Shown here in pieces: positions 36,295 to 49,961 of a stretch of 64,000 bases of DNA. The position numbers were made by a program, and so were the translations under genes. The notes under the pieces were generated by a model. That model was given only the letters and a program-made list of their open reading frames with translations, did not search any database and was not told the origin of the DNA. How positions within the stretch are numbered: position 1 is the stretch's first letter; each line of letters opens with the position of its first letter. Origin of the DNA: Takakia lepidozioides (taxonomy: Eukaryota; Plantae; Bryophyta). The stretch covers positions 86,552,001 through 86,616,000 of the forward strand of contig CM060731.1 of NCBI GenBank assembly GCA_030704615.1, in the 5' to 3' direction.

Positions 36295-39225
36295 ACTCAG
36301 GCGCCGTTGATGGGAGTCTTAGAAAAAAAGTTCACCTCATCCATTTCCTAGTACATGTATCTCTGTTGTTAACAAGGCAAACCAGTTTGCTGCTTGTGCC
36401 TCCATAAAGCCACAACACTTTTCACAAAGGCCTGAAAATGGTGTACCAGGCTTTGCCAAACAATTCTACCATGATCAATCTTGTAACCAGATATCTTATC
36501 ACTGAAACCACGGGGCATTCACTGGAATGTTTGTAATCTAGGAAACATTGCATAAGACCTTCTTCATAAGCTAAACCATAACCAAAAGATGAGGTCAAAG
36601 TTTAAAGCGTATCCCCATTGAAGCGATTTCTGAAGCGGCGGTGTGCAGCGACAGTAGATCGTAGCCCACTCATCCATTCTGCTCAGTCCAGATCACCTGC
36701 AAGCTCTGTAAATCACATCAAGTGAAGTCCCTCACCTGCGCCCGTCCCAAAAACAAACACAAAACATGTTTTGTGCGTTGGTGAGGATGCGCGAGGTGAG
36801 TCGCAGGACTTCACACTTGCTATCCATGTCAGAGGTGAGCTACAAAGCAGGCAAAGAGATCAATTGGACAAGCATAAGTAGAAACAACCAAAAACTTTCA
36901 AAGTTAGTGGAACTAGTGGATCTGGCAGTATGACATCCAAGATCTGACATATGACAAAGCAAAACGCAGTAGCTTTGCTGCAGGGGAGAGAAAACAAGCC
37001 TCCACAGATTAGTTATGGCGCCGCTGCAGCATAAGTGCACAATGAAAGATATCTCCGAAAAGCATAGCAGCGGCTCGGCTGCCAGCATGTGGAGTGAAGA
37101 CACCAGCAGGGGGTCTTCTCATGCAGCCACACCTACGCCTCCCAAGGAGATCAACAATGCGGGATTGTGCGGCGATTCAAGCCGCCATCGCGCAGCTCCA
37201 GGAAAATCACAAGCCCAGGTGTCGGGTTGTTTAGGTTTAGAGAGGTGAACCAAAATCGTTTCCCCGCGATTTTTCATCCGGTCTGGATGAAAAATCGGCT
37301 CAGCTGATAGGTCATTTTGCAGGTTTTCAGCCAAAAGGGATGACTTCCGTCGGTTTCCAAAATATCATCCGTCGTGGATGACATCCGTCATGGATGAATA
37401 ATCGAGCCAGTCATCAGGTTTTACGTAGTTATACGAATAATACTCGGTTGTCCATTAGTCATCCATCCAAAAAAAATTCTTAAGGTTTCCATCCATTATG
37501 GATGAAACCCTACTAGATCCATTAGGGGTTATAAAAATTCCACACTAGGTATAGTACTGGAAAAAATGTTAAAATCCCAAACATGTATCTGGAGAGAGGG
37601 AGAGAGAGGGAGAGAGAGGGCTCCCGCCATCCAACCCCTGGTATGGCAGTCCTTTACGGAGTGAGTGTGGTATGCACTCACCCCGTAAGGGAGCGCATAC
37701 CAGACCCTTTCACGTAAAGCTCTCCCTCTACATTGTATTTTTATCCTTGGTCTTGGAATACCATAAGGATAAAATGCCTCCAATCTCTCCTCCCATACCA
37801 AGAATGAACAATGGCTTAGCAATGCTGTGCAAAACAGAGTACAGCGTTTCTAGGTTACCTTTTATCTTGTCAACACAGCCTTCACAAAGACAGGCTTGTG
37901 TATAGGGATTATGAGCGTTCCTCAACCAAGGGTAGCAAACAGCTTGTAACATGCCAACATCGCCTTCACAAGTCAGGACAGGCATGAGTATAGGAATTAT
38001 CAGTGTACTTCAGCCAATGGCAGCACACTACTGCACATAATTTCACCCAGTTAGCCAATTTTCTGGTTACAGAAGCAAATTTCCTAATAGATAAAATCAT
38101 ACCATATTAGGGATTTAGTGCTCCATATTACTGACATGGAGGTAAGGTGGGCTCATGGTCAAGTGATCAATGACATAACAAGAATACAGTTGGACAGGTA
38201 GAGTCATGACTTTTCCATGTTACCTCTTAGCCGTTGAACAAGTTGTTGTTTCCAGGTTACCTTTTATGTTGTCAACATAACCTTCACAAAGTTGGACAGA
38301 CATGAGCATAGGAATTATAAGTGTTCTCCAGCCAAAGGCAGCAAATTGCTGCACATCGTTTCACCCTATCAGTCACATTTAACCAGGGAAGGATCCTTGT
38401 TCGCGAGGAACCTTATACTGATGTGAGTCAGCTTATTGGTTTCAGAATTAATTTTCCAAAGGTATGAATTGGTACATAACATTTTTTCCAAGCCGTATCA
38501 ACGTTGCTGGAAAAATACAGAATGGGAGAAGCCAGTGAGATCACCATATTAATATTGATTCACCGGCCTATTCCATCCACATACTACTCTGGGCATTTTT
38601 AGTGGTGCTGCAAGGAGCGAGGCCACATACAAGAGAAACATAAAAGCTTAAGAGCCGGAAGGTATCTAAGAGTGACACGAGGCATCGGCTACAAGAGACA
38701 AGCTAAACAGAGTAATGTACATTGACCGGATCATGTAGAAGGTGTATGTACACATATATTCGATTATGCTGTCTGACAACGGCCTAGCTCACAATATCAG
38801 CTCTCAGGTCTACCTTAGAAACACACTGCTTATGATGCCTTTCTCACCAAGCTCAAATCACCAACAAATTCTTGCTGGACAGGATTATACCTTACTGGTA
38901 TCCCATGGCTTTGAGCCCATAACTCCAATCTGGAGTGCACTTGCTGGAACTCCCTTGGCTTTGAGTTCATCACTCCAAATCGGAGTGGATTTGCTACCCT
39001 TTTGTCAAAGCCAAAGAAATGTAAGTACATCAATATGAGAAAGACGGAACAAGAAAGGAGAGGGGTAGATGGTGTACAAACACCACGTAAGTACACTGGT
39101 CAAAGGAAGAGAGGGAAGATATTAATGTCATGTCAAGACACAGACAAGACCAGTAGGGTCGGTGTTAATTAAAGACATCATCCGCCCTTTACAAGGCACC
39201 ATCTAACACCTCCTTCCATGCACAT
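36295..39225. repeat. Segmental duplication, copy 1
   Basis: 36295-37072 matches 40100-40877. 38328-39225 matches 41225-42123. 38022-38323 is inverted at 40880-41224. Confidence 0.92.
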
Positions 39226-40099
39226 CTCCTCAAATGATTGAACTGTAGATTTCAAAGTACATGAAATCTCAGGGTGGGGAGGGTGGGGTTTTTTTTTTAA
39301 AAGGCCATTCATCATTCAAAGAGACCATCAACCCCCTTGCTTTATACCATTTGCAGCAGCTCAGTTGGATCTGAGAGGGCTGCCCGAGAAAGTCTTCATT
39401 CCAAAGTCTTCATTTCATAAGAAAACAGTCTTATGCCATGAGCAGTTATGAATAAACACTTCACAGGTATGGATATAGTGTTCTAGAACCCTAGCATGTC
39501 GTTTTCAGTGCATCACAAGAACTTTCAAAGCATTGCCAAGGTAAAAAATAAAGCCAAAGGGTCATGAAAACATATGACAGATCTGACATAGCATAACCAG
39601 ACCTGCATACCCTTTATTGCAGTCTCATTGTAAGCCAGCCTCTAGATCATTCATGCCCCTTAATAAAACTGAGTCTCAAACTGAGCTTTCAGGTCATTCA
39701 TCATTGAAGGAGACAATCAACACCCTTGATTTATGTCCTCATAGAAAGAAATGAGCCATAAACACTAGTTGCAGGTGCATTGCTGCATTTTACTCACACG
39801 GATACACCTGTGTCAAGCGGTTTCCAGCATAGATACCTTCAGGTACAAATCTGGAAATGGTATTCCAGCACCCCATAAGAAACATTCAGAGCATATAGGT
39901 CACAATAAGGATATCCGGAATCAATTAACCTTTACCATGTCATAACCCCAAGGGCTTGGGGGAATGTAATCTGGTTTGACTCTCCATAATGCCAAGAAAT
40001 ACAATAAAACCAAGCATTTTAATAAAGGCCTGGAGATGGCTGATCCTACATTAAAGCCAGAGCCATTTAATAGAGGTCCGATCTGCAATCAGGTTATGA

Positions 40100-42123
40100 A
40101 CTCAGGCGCCGTTGATGGGGGTCTTAGAAAAAGGTTCACCTCATCCATTTCCTAGTACATGTATCTCTGTTGTTAACAAGGCAAACCAGTTTGCTGCTTG
40201 TGCCTCCATAAAGCCACAACACTTTTCATAAAGGCCTGAAAATGGTGTACCAAGCTTTGTCAAAAAATTCTACCATGATCAATCTTGTAACCAGATATCT
40301 TTATCACTGAAACCACGGGGCATTCACTGGAATGTTTGTAATCTAGGAAACATTGCATAAGACCTTCTTCATAAGCTAAACCATAACCAAAAGATGAGGT
40401 CAAAGTTTAAAGCGTATCCCCATTGAAGCGATTTCTGAAGCGGCGGTGTGCAGCGACAGTAGATCGCAAGCCACTCATCCATTCTGCTCAGTCCAGATCA
40501 CCTGCAAGCTCTGTAAATCACATCAAGTGAAGTCCCTCACCTGCGCCCGTCCCAAAAACAAACACAAAACATGTTTTGTGCGTTGGTGAGGATGCGTGAG
40601 GTGAGTCGCAGGACTTCACACTTGCTATCCATGTCAGAGGTGAGCTACAAAGCAGGCAAAGAGATCAATTGGACAAGCATAAGCAGAAACAACCAAAAAC
40701 TCTCAAAGTTAGTGGAACTAGTGGATTTTGCAGTATAACATCCAAGATCTGGCATATGACAAAGCAAAACGCAGTAGCTTTGCTGCAGGGGAGAGAAAAC
40801 AAGCCTCCACAGATCAGTTATGGCGCCGCTGCAGCATAAGTGCACAATGAAAGATATCTCCGAAAAGCATAGCAGCGTCACTTATAATTCCTATGCTCAT
40901 GCCTGTCCACTTATGTGAAGGCGATGTTGACAAACTGAAAGCCATGCCTGTCCAACTTTGTGAAGGTTATGTTGACAACATAAAAGGTAACCTGGAAACA
41001 ACAACTTGTTCAACGGCTAAGAGGTAACATGGAAAAGTCATGACTCTACCTGTCCAGCTGTATTCTTGTTATGTCATTGATCACTTGACCATGAGCCCAC
41101 CTTACCTCCATGTCAGTAATATGGAGCACTAAATCCCTAATATGGTATGATTTTATCTATTAGGAAATTTGCTTATGTAACCAGAAAATTGGCTAACTGG
41201 GTGAAATTATGTGCAGTAGTGTGCCAGCCAAAGGCAGCAAATTGCTGCACATCGTTTCACCCTATCAGTCACATTTAACCAGGGAAAGATCATTGTTCGC
41301 GAGGAACCTTATACTGATGTGAGTCAGCTTGCTGGTTTCAGAATTAATTTTCCAAGGGTATGAATCAGTACATAACATTTTTCCAAGCCGTATCAACGTT
41401 GCTGGAAAAATACAGAATGGGAGAAGCCAGTGAGATCACCATATTAATATTGATTCACCGGCCTATTCCATCCACATACTACCCTCTGGGCAATTTTTAG
41501 TGGTGCTGCAAGGAGCGAGGCCACATACAAGAGAAACATAAAAGCTTAAGAGCCGGAAGGTATCTAAGAGTGACACGAGGCATCGGCTACAAGAGACAAG
41601 CTAAACAGAGTAATGTACATTGACCGGATCATGTAGAAGGTGTATGTACACATATATTCGATTATGCTGTCTGACAACGGCCTAGCTCACAATATCAGCT
41701 CTCAGGTCTACCTTAGAAACACACTGCTTATGATGCCTTTCTCACCAAGCTCAAATCACCAACAAATTCTTGCTGGACAGGATTATACCTTACTGGTATC
41801 CCATGGCTTTGAGCCCATAACTCCAATCTGGAGTGCACTTGCTGGAACTCCCTTGGCTTTGAGTTCATCACTCCAAATCGGAGTGGATTTGCTACCCTTT
41901 TGTCAAAGCCAAAGAAATGTAAGTACATCAACATGAGAAAGACGGAACAAGAAAAGAGAGGGGTAGATGGTGTACAAACACCACGTAAGTACACTGGTCA
42001 AAGGAAGAGAGGGAAGATATTAATGTCATGTCAAGACACAGACAAGACCAGTAGGGTCGTTGTTAATTAAAGACATCATCCGCCCTTTACAGGGCAACAT
42101 CTAACACCTACTTCCATGCACAT
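40100..42123. repeat. Segmental duplication, copy 2 (internal deletion and inversion), cut by an LTR element at 42124
   Basis: Near-identical sequence; duplicated ORFs 38742-39038 and 41640-41936. Confidence 0.92.
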
Positions 42124-45100
42124 TGATAACGGCTATGCTACGAGGGACAGACAACGAGGGTCGCAACGGGACATACTGGGTAGTGATGGACGTACACTAC
42201 CTGAGCCACAGGCAGAGACGGCTAAGTACGCGGTACTTAGCCAATGGCGGGACAAGGGTACATTACCACGAGAGCAGTAAGGGGTAGTGTAGTAACCATG
42301 AGCCGTGAACCACGATATCACACGGTCACGATAGCATCGGCTTTAACCAATAGAGGGAGTAGTGGACCGTTTACCACTATGGCTCGCGACCACTACAACG
42401 AGCCACTTTTTAGCAAACCTTTTAGGTTGCGTAGGCAGTTAGGCAAACGGTCATTAACGACCGCAGGCTGTAACGGCTCTTTCGAGCATAGTATAAAAAG
42501 ACTGCACGCAACTCAGAAGGGGGCGGTAGGAGTATCAGTGATCAATGTGTATTTAGAGGGACTCAGAGTGATTCTGTGTACTTCTGTGATGATGTGACGA
42601 GCTCTGAAGTAAAGCTATGCTATTCGAAGTATCTCTGTGTAGAGTGAACGTGAGATGGTGAGAATGTGTATAATCTCAGAATAGTTCTTGTTTTCTCTTG
42701 ACTACCATCTGCTTGTATGAACCAAGAGGTTTCAGTCCTTTCAACTAAGATCTTTTATACTTAAGAGACTGTAGATTGGTCTTAATCAATAGGATTAAGC
42801 AGTCTGCAATGATATGGCTTCATCCGACGTTCATGGTTTAGCTATCCTTAAAACGATTACTTCGTAATCGTTTCTGAAAGCATACCGTCAGACAACCTCT
42901 GTTGCATATCTTAGGAAATGGGCAGTAGTGTTAATAGCCTGTTTTGTCTAAGTCATAAACCAGCGGTTAACATTTGGCGACCGTACTGGGCACTAACGGT
43001 ATATTGAGTTCAAAAGTACTCAAAGAAGGATGGTTACTCAGTGATTTCTTGAAATCACGACAGAACGAGTCAACAGAAGCAAAGGAATAAAAAACATTCC
43101 TGGAAATTTTTCATGGTTTACCAAGAGCAATACAACATAAAACCTTTCTGTCAGTCGTGAAAGAAGATGACAAATGGGGATTGAAGGGAGGAGTGATCAG
43201 TATTACACGAGCACCTTGGGAATGTAGGATTAGAAGTGAAGAGTGGTTGTCTCGTCTAGCTCTATTGATTACTCTAATCTCAATTAGAAAAGTTTGTTAC
43301 ACTAGTTATATTTTCAGAGAAGGATGTTCAAATTATAAATATTGACACACGATCATAGAAGCGTTGGAGTACTGGATACCCAAAGACTTATTGCAAGTCA
43401 GATACACTGAAAAAGACAGATGGTATTATTGTGCCCATTAAAAAGTTTGGTGATCAATTAGTAAAAAGGAAAATTAAGTTGTAATACAGATTCTTGCAAG
43501 ATAGGATGAGTCTTGAAGAAAGGGTAGAGACACTATAAATTTTATTTATTGACATACCAAGACTGTTTTAAAGGGTACTGAAAAGGAATTCTACATATAA
43601 TGTGGGAATGAATGAGGAAATTAAAGAAAAAGCTAAACAAGACAGAGCTGAACGAATAGAGAAATATGCTGCAAAAAGGGAGGCTCGATTAAGAGAAGAG
43701 TTCTCAGAATTACAGAACTTGAAAATTATTCAAGGTGAGACATCAAATAGTGATAAACTAGAAGATCAGGAAATCGGATCGGTGGGAAGTGGGAACAATA
43801 CACCAGAAAAAGTTGCCAGTAATGTACTTGGTGAATGGTTACCACAAGAAAGATCTGAAGGACCTTCTACAGTAACAAGCCCAAATAGAGGTTTTGCTGA
43901 AATATTAGAAGAAAGATTTGAGAACATTTTGAGTGAAGAAGGTGAAAGAAGTGAAAGCACTTCTCCAGAAAAGATAACCAGAACTGCACTCAAAGCTTTT
44001 AAAGATTCATTAAGCTTAGTAGAGACAGCAGCTGGAAGACGACTATCATTGGGACAAGGACCTCCTAGCTTTGAATCACTGTTTGGAAGACAAACACCAA
44101 CACCACCACAGCCAGCAGCAGCGGGACCATCCCAGTTTGGACAACCAGTTGCACCAACAGCACCAGTTGCACCAGCCACACCGATGGCTTTAGCAGCAAG
44201 CAAAACCAGACCACCATTTCCTTTATATGATGGGAAATCTGATCCAGATATCCATCTTAATCAATTTGAAAACATGTGCACCATTTACAATGAAGCAACA
44301 GACCAAGAGAAGATCCAACTATTTCCTTGTTCAATGGCCTGAAAAGGCATTGAATGGTTGGCAACTTTCCCAGCCAATCACTTTGCGAATTGGGCGGATA
44401 TGAGAGCCGCGTTTCAAAAAAGATATAGATCCAACAAATCCACGTCTGAAATCTTCACAGGATTACAGAACCTAAGACAGAAAAAGAAAGAATTGGTAGT
44501 CGATTACCTGGAGAGAATGAAGACTCTGATCAGGAAACTACCTCAAGCACCAGGGGATGATTTGCAAAAATCATGGTTCATCAATGGACTTCGTCCTGAA
44601 TACGTAACCATGGTTACAGTCATGCCTAACAACACTTTGGCTGAAGCAGTAGGGACTGCAAAGAAGTTGGAATTGGGATTCCATCAGAGCAGAAGCAAGG
44701 ATTCCAAGGATCTCTTGGAAGAAGAAGACTATGATGATGAAGAAAAGCTCGAGCAAAAGAAGAAAGAAGTGATTGACAAAACCACTTTGGATCAGAAGAT
44801 AGCAGAGGCTATCAAGAATTTTAAAGATGAAGGGCCACGAAAGGCCACATGGTGTCACAAATGCGGGACTGCAGGACACCTGGCAACGGAATGCCATATG
44901 AAAGACAAATACTGTGATATTTGTCATATGAACAATCATAATACCAGCCATTGTATTTACAACCAACGGGCCAAGAAGACTGGGTACACACGAGAGGTGG
45001 GGGTACACCAAGTCCAAATCCGACGGGGAGGATCGGACGAACCAAGACGATACAACATGGGTAATCGTTATCAGAGGCCACGAAACTGATGACCAAGGGC
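42124..45100 (+). mobile_element. Ogre/Tat-like LTR retrotransposon, 5' part: LTR 42124-42972, PBS 42975-42990, upstream ORF remnant, gag; 3' part lost
   Basis: LTR TGATAAC...GTTAACA begins exactly where the duplication homology ends. PBS TGGCGACCGTACTGGG. TATA-like GTATAAAAAG at about 42491. Confidence 0.85.
43602..45089 (+). pseudogene. gag: gag with in-frame stop at 44340-44342
   Basis: PPFPLYDGKSDPDIHLNQFENMC, WFINGLRPE, and Zn knuckles CHKCGTAGHLATEC and CDICHMNNHNTSHC. Homologous to 8775-9743. Confidence 0.85.
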
Positions 45101-45108
45101 ATCCGCCG

Positions 45109-47150
45109 CTATGAGAAGAGGTACGAGGCCAACGGGCAACCCTGCCTCACTGATTTGTGAAGAGAGAAGGGTCTAGAGATAACTCCATTTACAGATACTT
45201 TGCTGGATGCAGAGTTAAGCAGCAAGTGAACCCATCTAGAGAAGGACTCGGGGATCCCCATCTTAGCTAGGATTTTTTGGAGAAAGTCCCAATCAATATT
45301 ATCAAATGCTTTTTCAAAATCTAGCATTAGGATTGCCAATGGCTGCTCTGAGTACTTGGCCTTGTGCATTGCTTCGTTGATGAGCAGAATATTATCCAGT
45401 ATCATTCTGCCTTTGAGAAATCCAGATTGCTCAGGCCGAATGATACGGGAGAGAATTGGTTGCAATCGCAGAGCCAGTGCTTTAGCAATGATTTTGTAAG
45501 TAGAGTTTAAGAGCGTGATTGGACGATAATTGGAGATGAGGTTTCTGTCCCCTTTTTTGAAGATTAAGGTGATAAGTCTCTCAGATATCTGAGACGACAT
45601 GATGCCCTTCTGCAAGACATCTTGGGCCATAGCAACAAAATCATCAACAATAGTGGACCAGAGAGCCGCAAACAATTCAATTGGCAAGCCGTCAAGACCT
45701 GGCATTTTCCCAGAATGTAGAGACTGCATAGCTTTGGCAAGCTCTAGGTCTGAGAGAGGGGAGGACAGAGCCACCTTATCCTGATCCGAGAGAAGAGAAG
45801 GGATGTGATTGAGAACAGCCTCCGAAGCCATTACAGCCTCAGCGGAGGGAGCCCTCTTGGAGAAAAGAGAGGCAAAAGCCTCAGCGGAGGGAGCCCTCTT
45901 GGAGAAAAGAGAGGCAAACCCATCTCGGCCAATCAAAGACGCAATTGAAGAGGCCATTCTTCTTTGCCTTGCTTTGATAAAAAAAGTATTTGGACATTTT
46001 CTCACCTTTAAGGGACCAGTTAACACCAGCCTTGAGACGAAGAGCATTCTCCTTGTCCTTCCTGAATTTCCACAGATTGGCCTTGGCTGTGTTGTAATTC
46101 ATCAGAGTGGAAGGACCTTCATCTTTGTTTTCCAGCAGCTGCTGGCAAAGATGAAGGCATTTGAGGAGACATTTTTCTTTGTGAGATCTAGCCATGGCAA
46201 AGTCTTTAGAGAGCTCTTGAGACCTAGTTCGAACTGCCTGCAGCTTTGAAAGGAATCTAAGAGTGTGAGACTCATACTGATTACCAGTGGAGGACCAGAC
46301 TTTAGAGAGGACTTCCAACTAACACTGGTGACTTGAGCAAGGATGGATTTAACTTGAAAAACCCCCTCCCTTTAGATCTATATCCTGGAACAGTGAAGCA
46401 AGTCCTAATCTCCGCATGATCGAAGTCAGGCAGCACAAGTCCCAGGGGAGAAGGGTGTGCCCATGATGTGATACCCGATGTACAGTACACTCTATCTAGC
46501 CTGGCCATGACCAGATCCGGAGGTGTCCTGCAGTTGGTCCAGGAGAAACGCATCTCGTTATCCCTAGGTATGGAGACATCAATGAGACCAATAGAAAAAC
46601 ACAGAGCTTCCCAAGCACTCAACTCGTCAGGGGACAGTCTGGCTGATGCAGGATCAAACCTGTCATCTGTCCTATCTGTCATATTGAAATCCCCAGCCAG
46701 AATCCACTGGTCAATGTCAGGAAAAGATAAGATCTTAGAATGAAGCATTTGCCAAAAGGAGATTCTATCAGCAATGTTGTTAGGAGCATAAATATTTATG
46801 AAACCAATGTTGCTGCCTGACCCAGGCATTGAGAGCTTGCCAAACTGCGCACGACCAATCATCCAGGTGTCCATATCAGAGATGTGGCTGGCTAGACTTG
46901 GGGAGATCAGGACTGCTGTTCCACCTCTCGAATCTAGCATCGTTCTATTCCACCATGCAAGATTAGAAGGCCAAATCAGCTGACCTAATGAAGCAATCTT
47001 TGAATCATTCAATTTATGTTCTTGCAAGAAGATTATGGAGTTGTCTGAAAGCAAAGAAGACGCCCATCTTTTAACCCTAGATCTCTTAGGGGCAGTGGCA
47101 TCTGACCCAATGCCCCTAATGTTCCAAGATCTTATGTTAAAGAACATCAA
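45109..47150 (-). pseudogene. LINE ORF2: AP endonuclease and partial reverse transcriptase
   Basis: SWNIRG, LQEHK, NIYAPN, AGDFN, RLDRVY, DH; then PGLDG, NYRPITLLNSTYKI, LDFEKAFD, VRQGCPL. Frameshifts; 42-bp tandem duplication 45835-45918; ends before YADD. Confidence 0.92.
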
Positions 47151-48330
47151 ATGAGGAGGAAGGGCTCGAGAGGACTTCCCGAAATGATGGCCCTGAGAAA
47201 AGAAATGGAGGTACAGTTCTTCTGCCGTGAGGAGGTAGGTATGAAGCCCAAAAGAAGCCAGAAGGGGGAGGAGGAAGACAGGCTAGGGTAACACTTCCAG
47301 CCCAAATTCTTCCCCGAGAGCCTTTTCTAGATCTTCTCAAGGATTCTCGGAACGAAGAGGCAAAAAAAGACTGATTATTAGGGATGAAAGCAAAGGTAAG
47401 CGCAATGTCTGGAAAATCCCCATCCTTGAAAGTGAGGAGGAGGCAATTTCTGGACAAGGGTTTTAACCTTCTTTCATAGAGGAAGTGCAATAGAATAGTA
47501 TCCAGAAGGTGCCTATGAACTAACAGTAGACAATTGGGTAGCAAGAGAGCAGAGAAAAAGCAAGAGAACAGGGGGGAAGGCGGAGTGAGCTATGCTCACC
47601 TGAGTGGCAGGGCAGATGGTGAGGCCACGTCCATGGGGCTGAGCATGGCTATTTTTGTTTTCGCAATGAAAAGCACGAAGCCTACAACATCCTCCTTGTG
47701 GGGGGTGGGTGATGGGGCCCTTGCAAATCCCAGGATAGCATGAGCCAGGATGAACCCTGCCTTTAAAACTTTAACACTTGCAGCAAAACCTCCAGAGGAA
47801 GGAAAGCTGTCAGTCACAGGGAGAAACCCAGAGGAGCCATCCGAGAGCGATTTCTTAGAGATCCAAGAAAAGGAGCTTGCCGAGGTTTCATCGCTAACAA
47901 TATCCTCCCATTTGAAAGCAAGGAGCGTGTGCACCGTGGAGGCTGAGTCGAACTCCGAGGTGTTATCCCAGAAGGCTCCAAAGTGGACTGTCGTGTTATT
48001 TGAGAGCTGGAACTGAAAGGGCTACTCAGCAAAAATATTTCCCACGAGCTTGAGGGAGAGCTCCATTTCTTTGGCAGCCGAGTAGTAAGTTGCATGATGG
48101 GTGGTAATCCATGAACCTGCAAGCCCTTCCGAGCCCATAGTGAGAAGGATGGAGGGCGGCTGACCAAGGCCGTTGAGGAGCCCGTAGATGATAGGGGTGA
48201 CCTTAACTACCACTAGGTTGCGCCTGACTGCATTCTCAGGCGTCCAGTCACACAGCCTGAGATTCACAAAGGACCTAAGCTCCAGGCACCTTGTAGCAAG
48301 GTTGATGAGCGGGTCTTCCAGGGTGTTGGA

Positions 48331-49057
48331 TGTCGCGCACCTCCCTTCGGTAAGCTCCCCTTCACGTCATAGTTACTCGCTTTGATGCGCGCGCCTGACT
48401 CCCAACCTGGCCGCCGGGCCAACTTGGAGCTTCGGCTGCTCACCGGGACATAACGGTCCCCCCCTTCGCTTCCCACTAAACCCTCCACCTATTTGGGACT
48501 AGTGGAATTCCCTTTGGTAGATGGCAGTCCGGAACAGCTCCCCACTCTTTGGTCGCTTTCCGGCTCGCTCGCTTACTCACTAGTTTTTGGTCACCAACGG
48601 GCTTGCACCGTTCTCGGGGTTACTACTCCCTATATATACTTCTGTAGCTGTCCGCGGGGGTTTCATAACCAGCCATGCCATTTTATGGCAAACCACCACG
48701 AAAACCCTCGACTCCCGGTGATGAGTCGCGGTGAGTCTTGGCCCACTCACCACGGCCCCTATGGACCGTGCTGAGTCCCAAGACTCCCCACGACTCCCAC
48801 CACGAGGTCTCCGCCCCCATGGTGAGTCCTATGCCACCCCCACTAAGTCCCGCTAAGCTACCACCACCCCTTGTGGAGCCACCCCCACCGCAACCCGGTG
48901 TGCGGGGCTCCACCTAGTGAGCGCCTCCGCCTCCTTCAGTGCCTTGGGCACTCAAGGGTGCTTCAGCCCCCCATACCTATCGCTGCCGATGCCCCCACCA
49001 CAGGGGCAGCCCCTCATGTGTCCCGACCCCCTGCCCTCAAGGCAAAGGGCCGCGACA
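48331..49057 (-). repeat. 3' LTR (727 bp)
   Basis: Near-identical to 54579-55380 except for a ~75-bp deletion near 48643. Confidence 0.97.
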
Positions 49058-49961
49058 CACACCCCTACCAACAGGGAGTCAATGTCCTCATCGACTTGTC
49101 CATTTTGTAGAAACGAACATCCAAGTTGTGGCGTCCCACATCAAGGAGTTTGTTTCCGCACCATGGCGTCCCATGGTAAAGAACCAAACCCCACACTTGA
49201 CTCTACTCTCCACTAGCTAGTTCGGCCGACTTCCTCCAAGTCCCGGCCAAGGGTGGAGCCTCTCCAGCTCCTCCCAGTGCACTCTTCTTGGCCTACTTCA
49301 AGGCCAAGGAACGATCCTCCCCGAGGATCGAATCGCCTTACTGCAACAACATTGCTTGCGATCGCTCATGATGCCGCTTTTGGCATCACCTTGAGCAAGG
49401 GTTCCCTGGAACCCTCTTTGACTAGGAAGATAACCTTGAACCAACCGTGCGCCCCAATCACTACAATTGGGTCCGCCTTGGAATGTTGGCCTGAGGTACG
49501 GGAACACGCCAAAGCCGCACTACGACTTCGTCCCGAGGCTACACGATTATAGTACGTGAACGGAAGCACGTAGCTTTCGCGTTAGCCCGCACTACAAGGC
49601 AACCCCCTCGGTAGCGCAGTTATAGTACGCGCACGCGCCAGGTGCGCACTAGCACGTGAACTCCCAAAGAAGTCGCAAGTTTCCTTGCCCCTTGGATGGG
49701 GATCACCCGATTTCGGCACTACGCAAACACATGATTAACCCAATTTACCTCTCCCACTTTTATAAGCTAGCATGCATTCTACACACTAGCCAACCATACC
49801 ATGCATCACCATTCCAAACAAAATAGGACGCACAACATTTGGAATCTGTTTCATTTATAGCACGTTTTGTACAATACAAGTTTTTGTAATCGGATTCCTA
49901 AGCTAGCTAAGCCGGGCTAAGCATGCATTTCCTCCCCCACGCTCCAAGGTTGATGTCCCCA

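Noticed and set aside
38742-41994. Duplicated 88-98 aa ORFs as a gene pair
   Set aside because: Their identity just reflects the recent DNA duplication; no protein motifs or splice structure were recognised.
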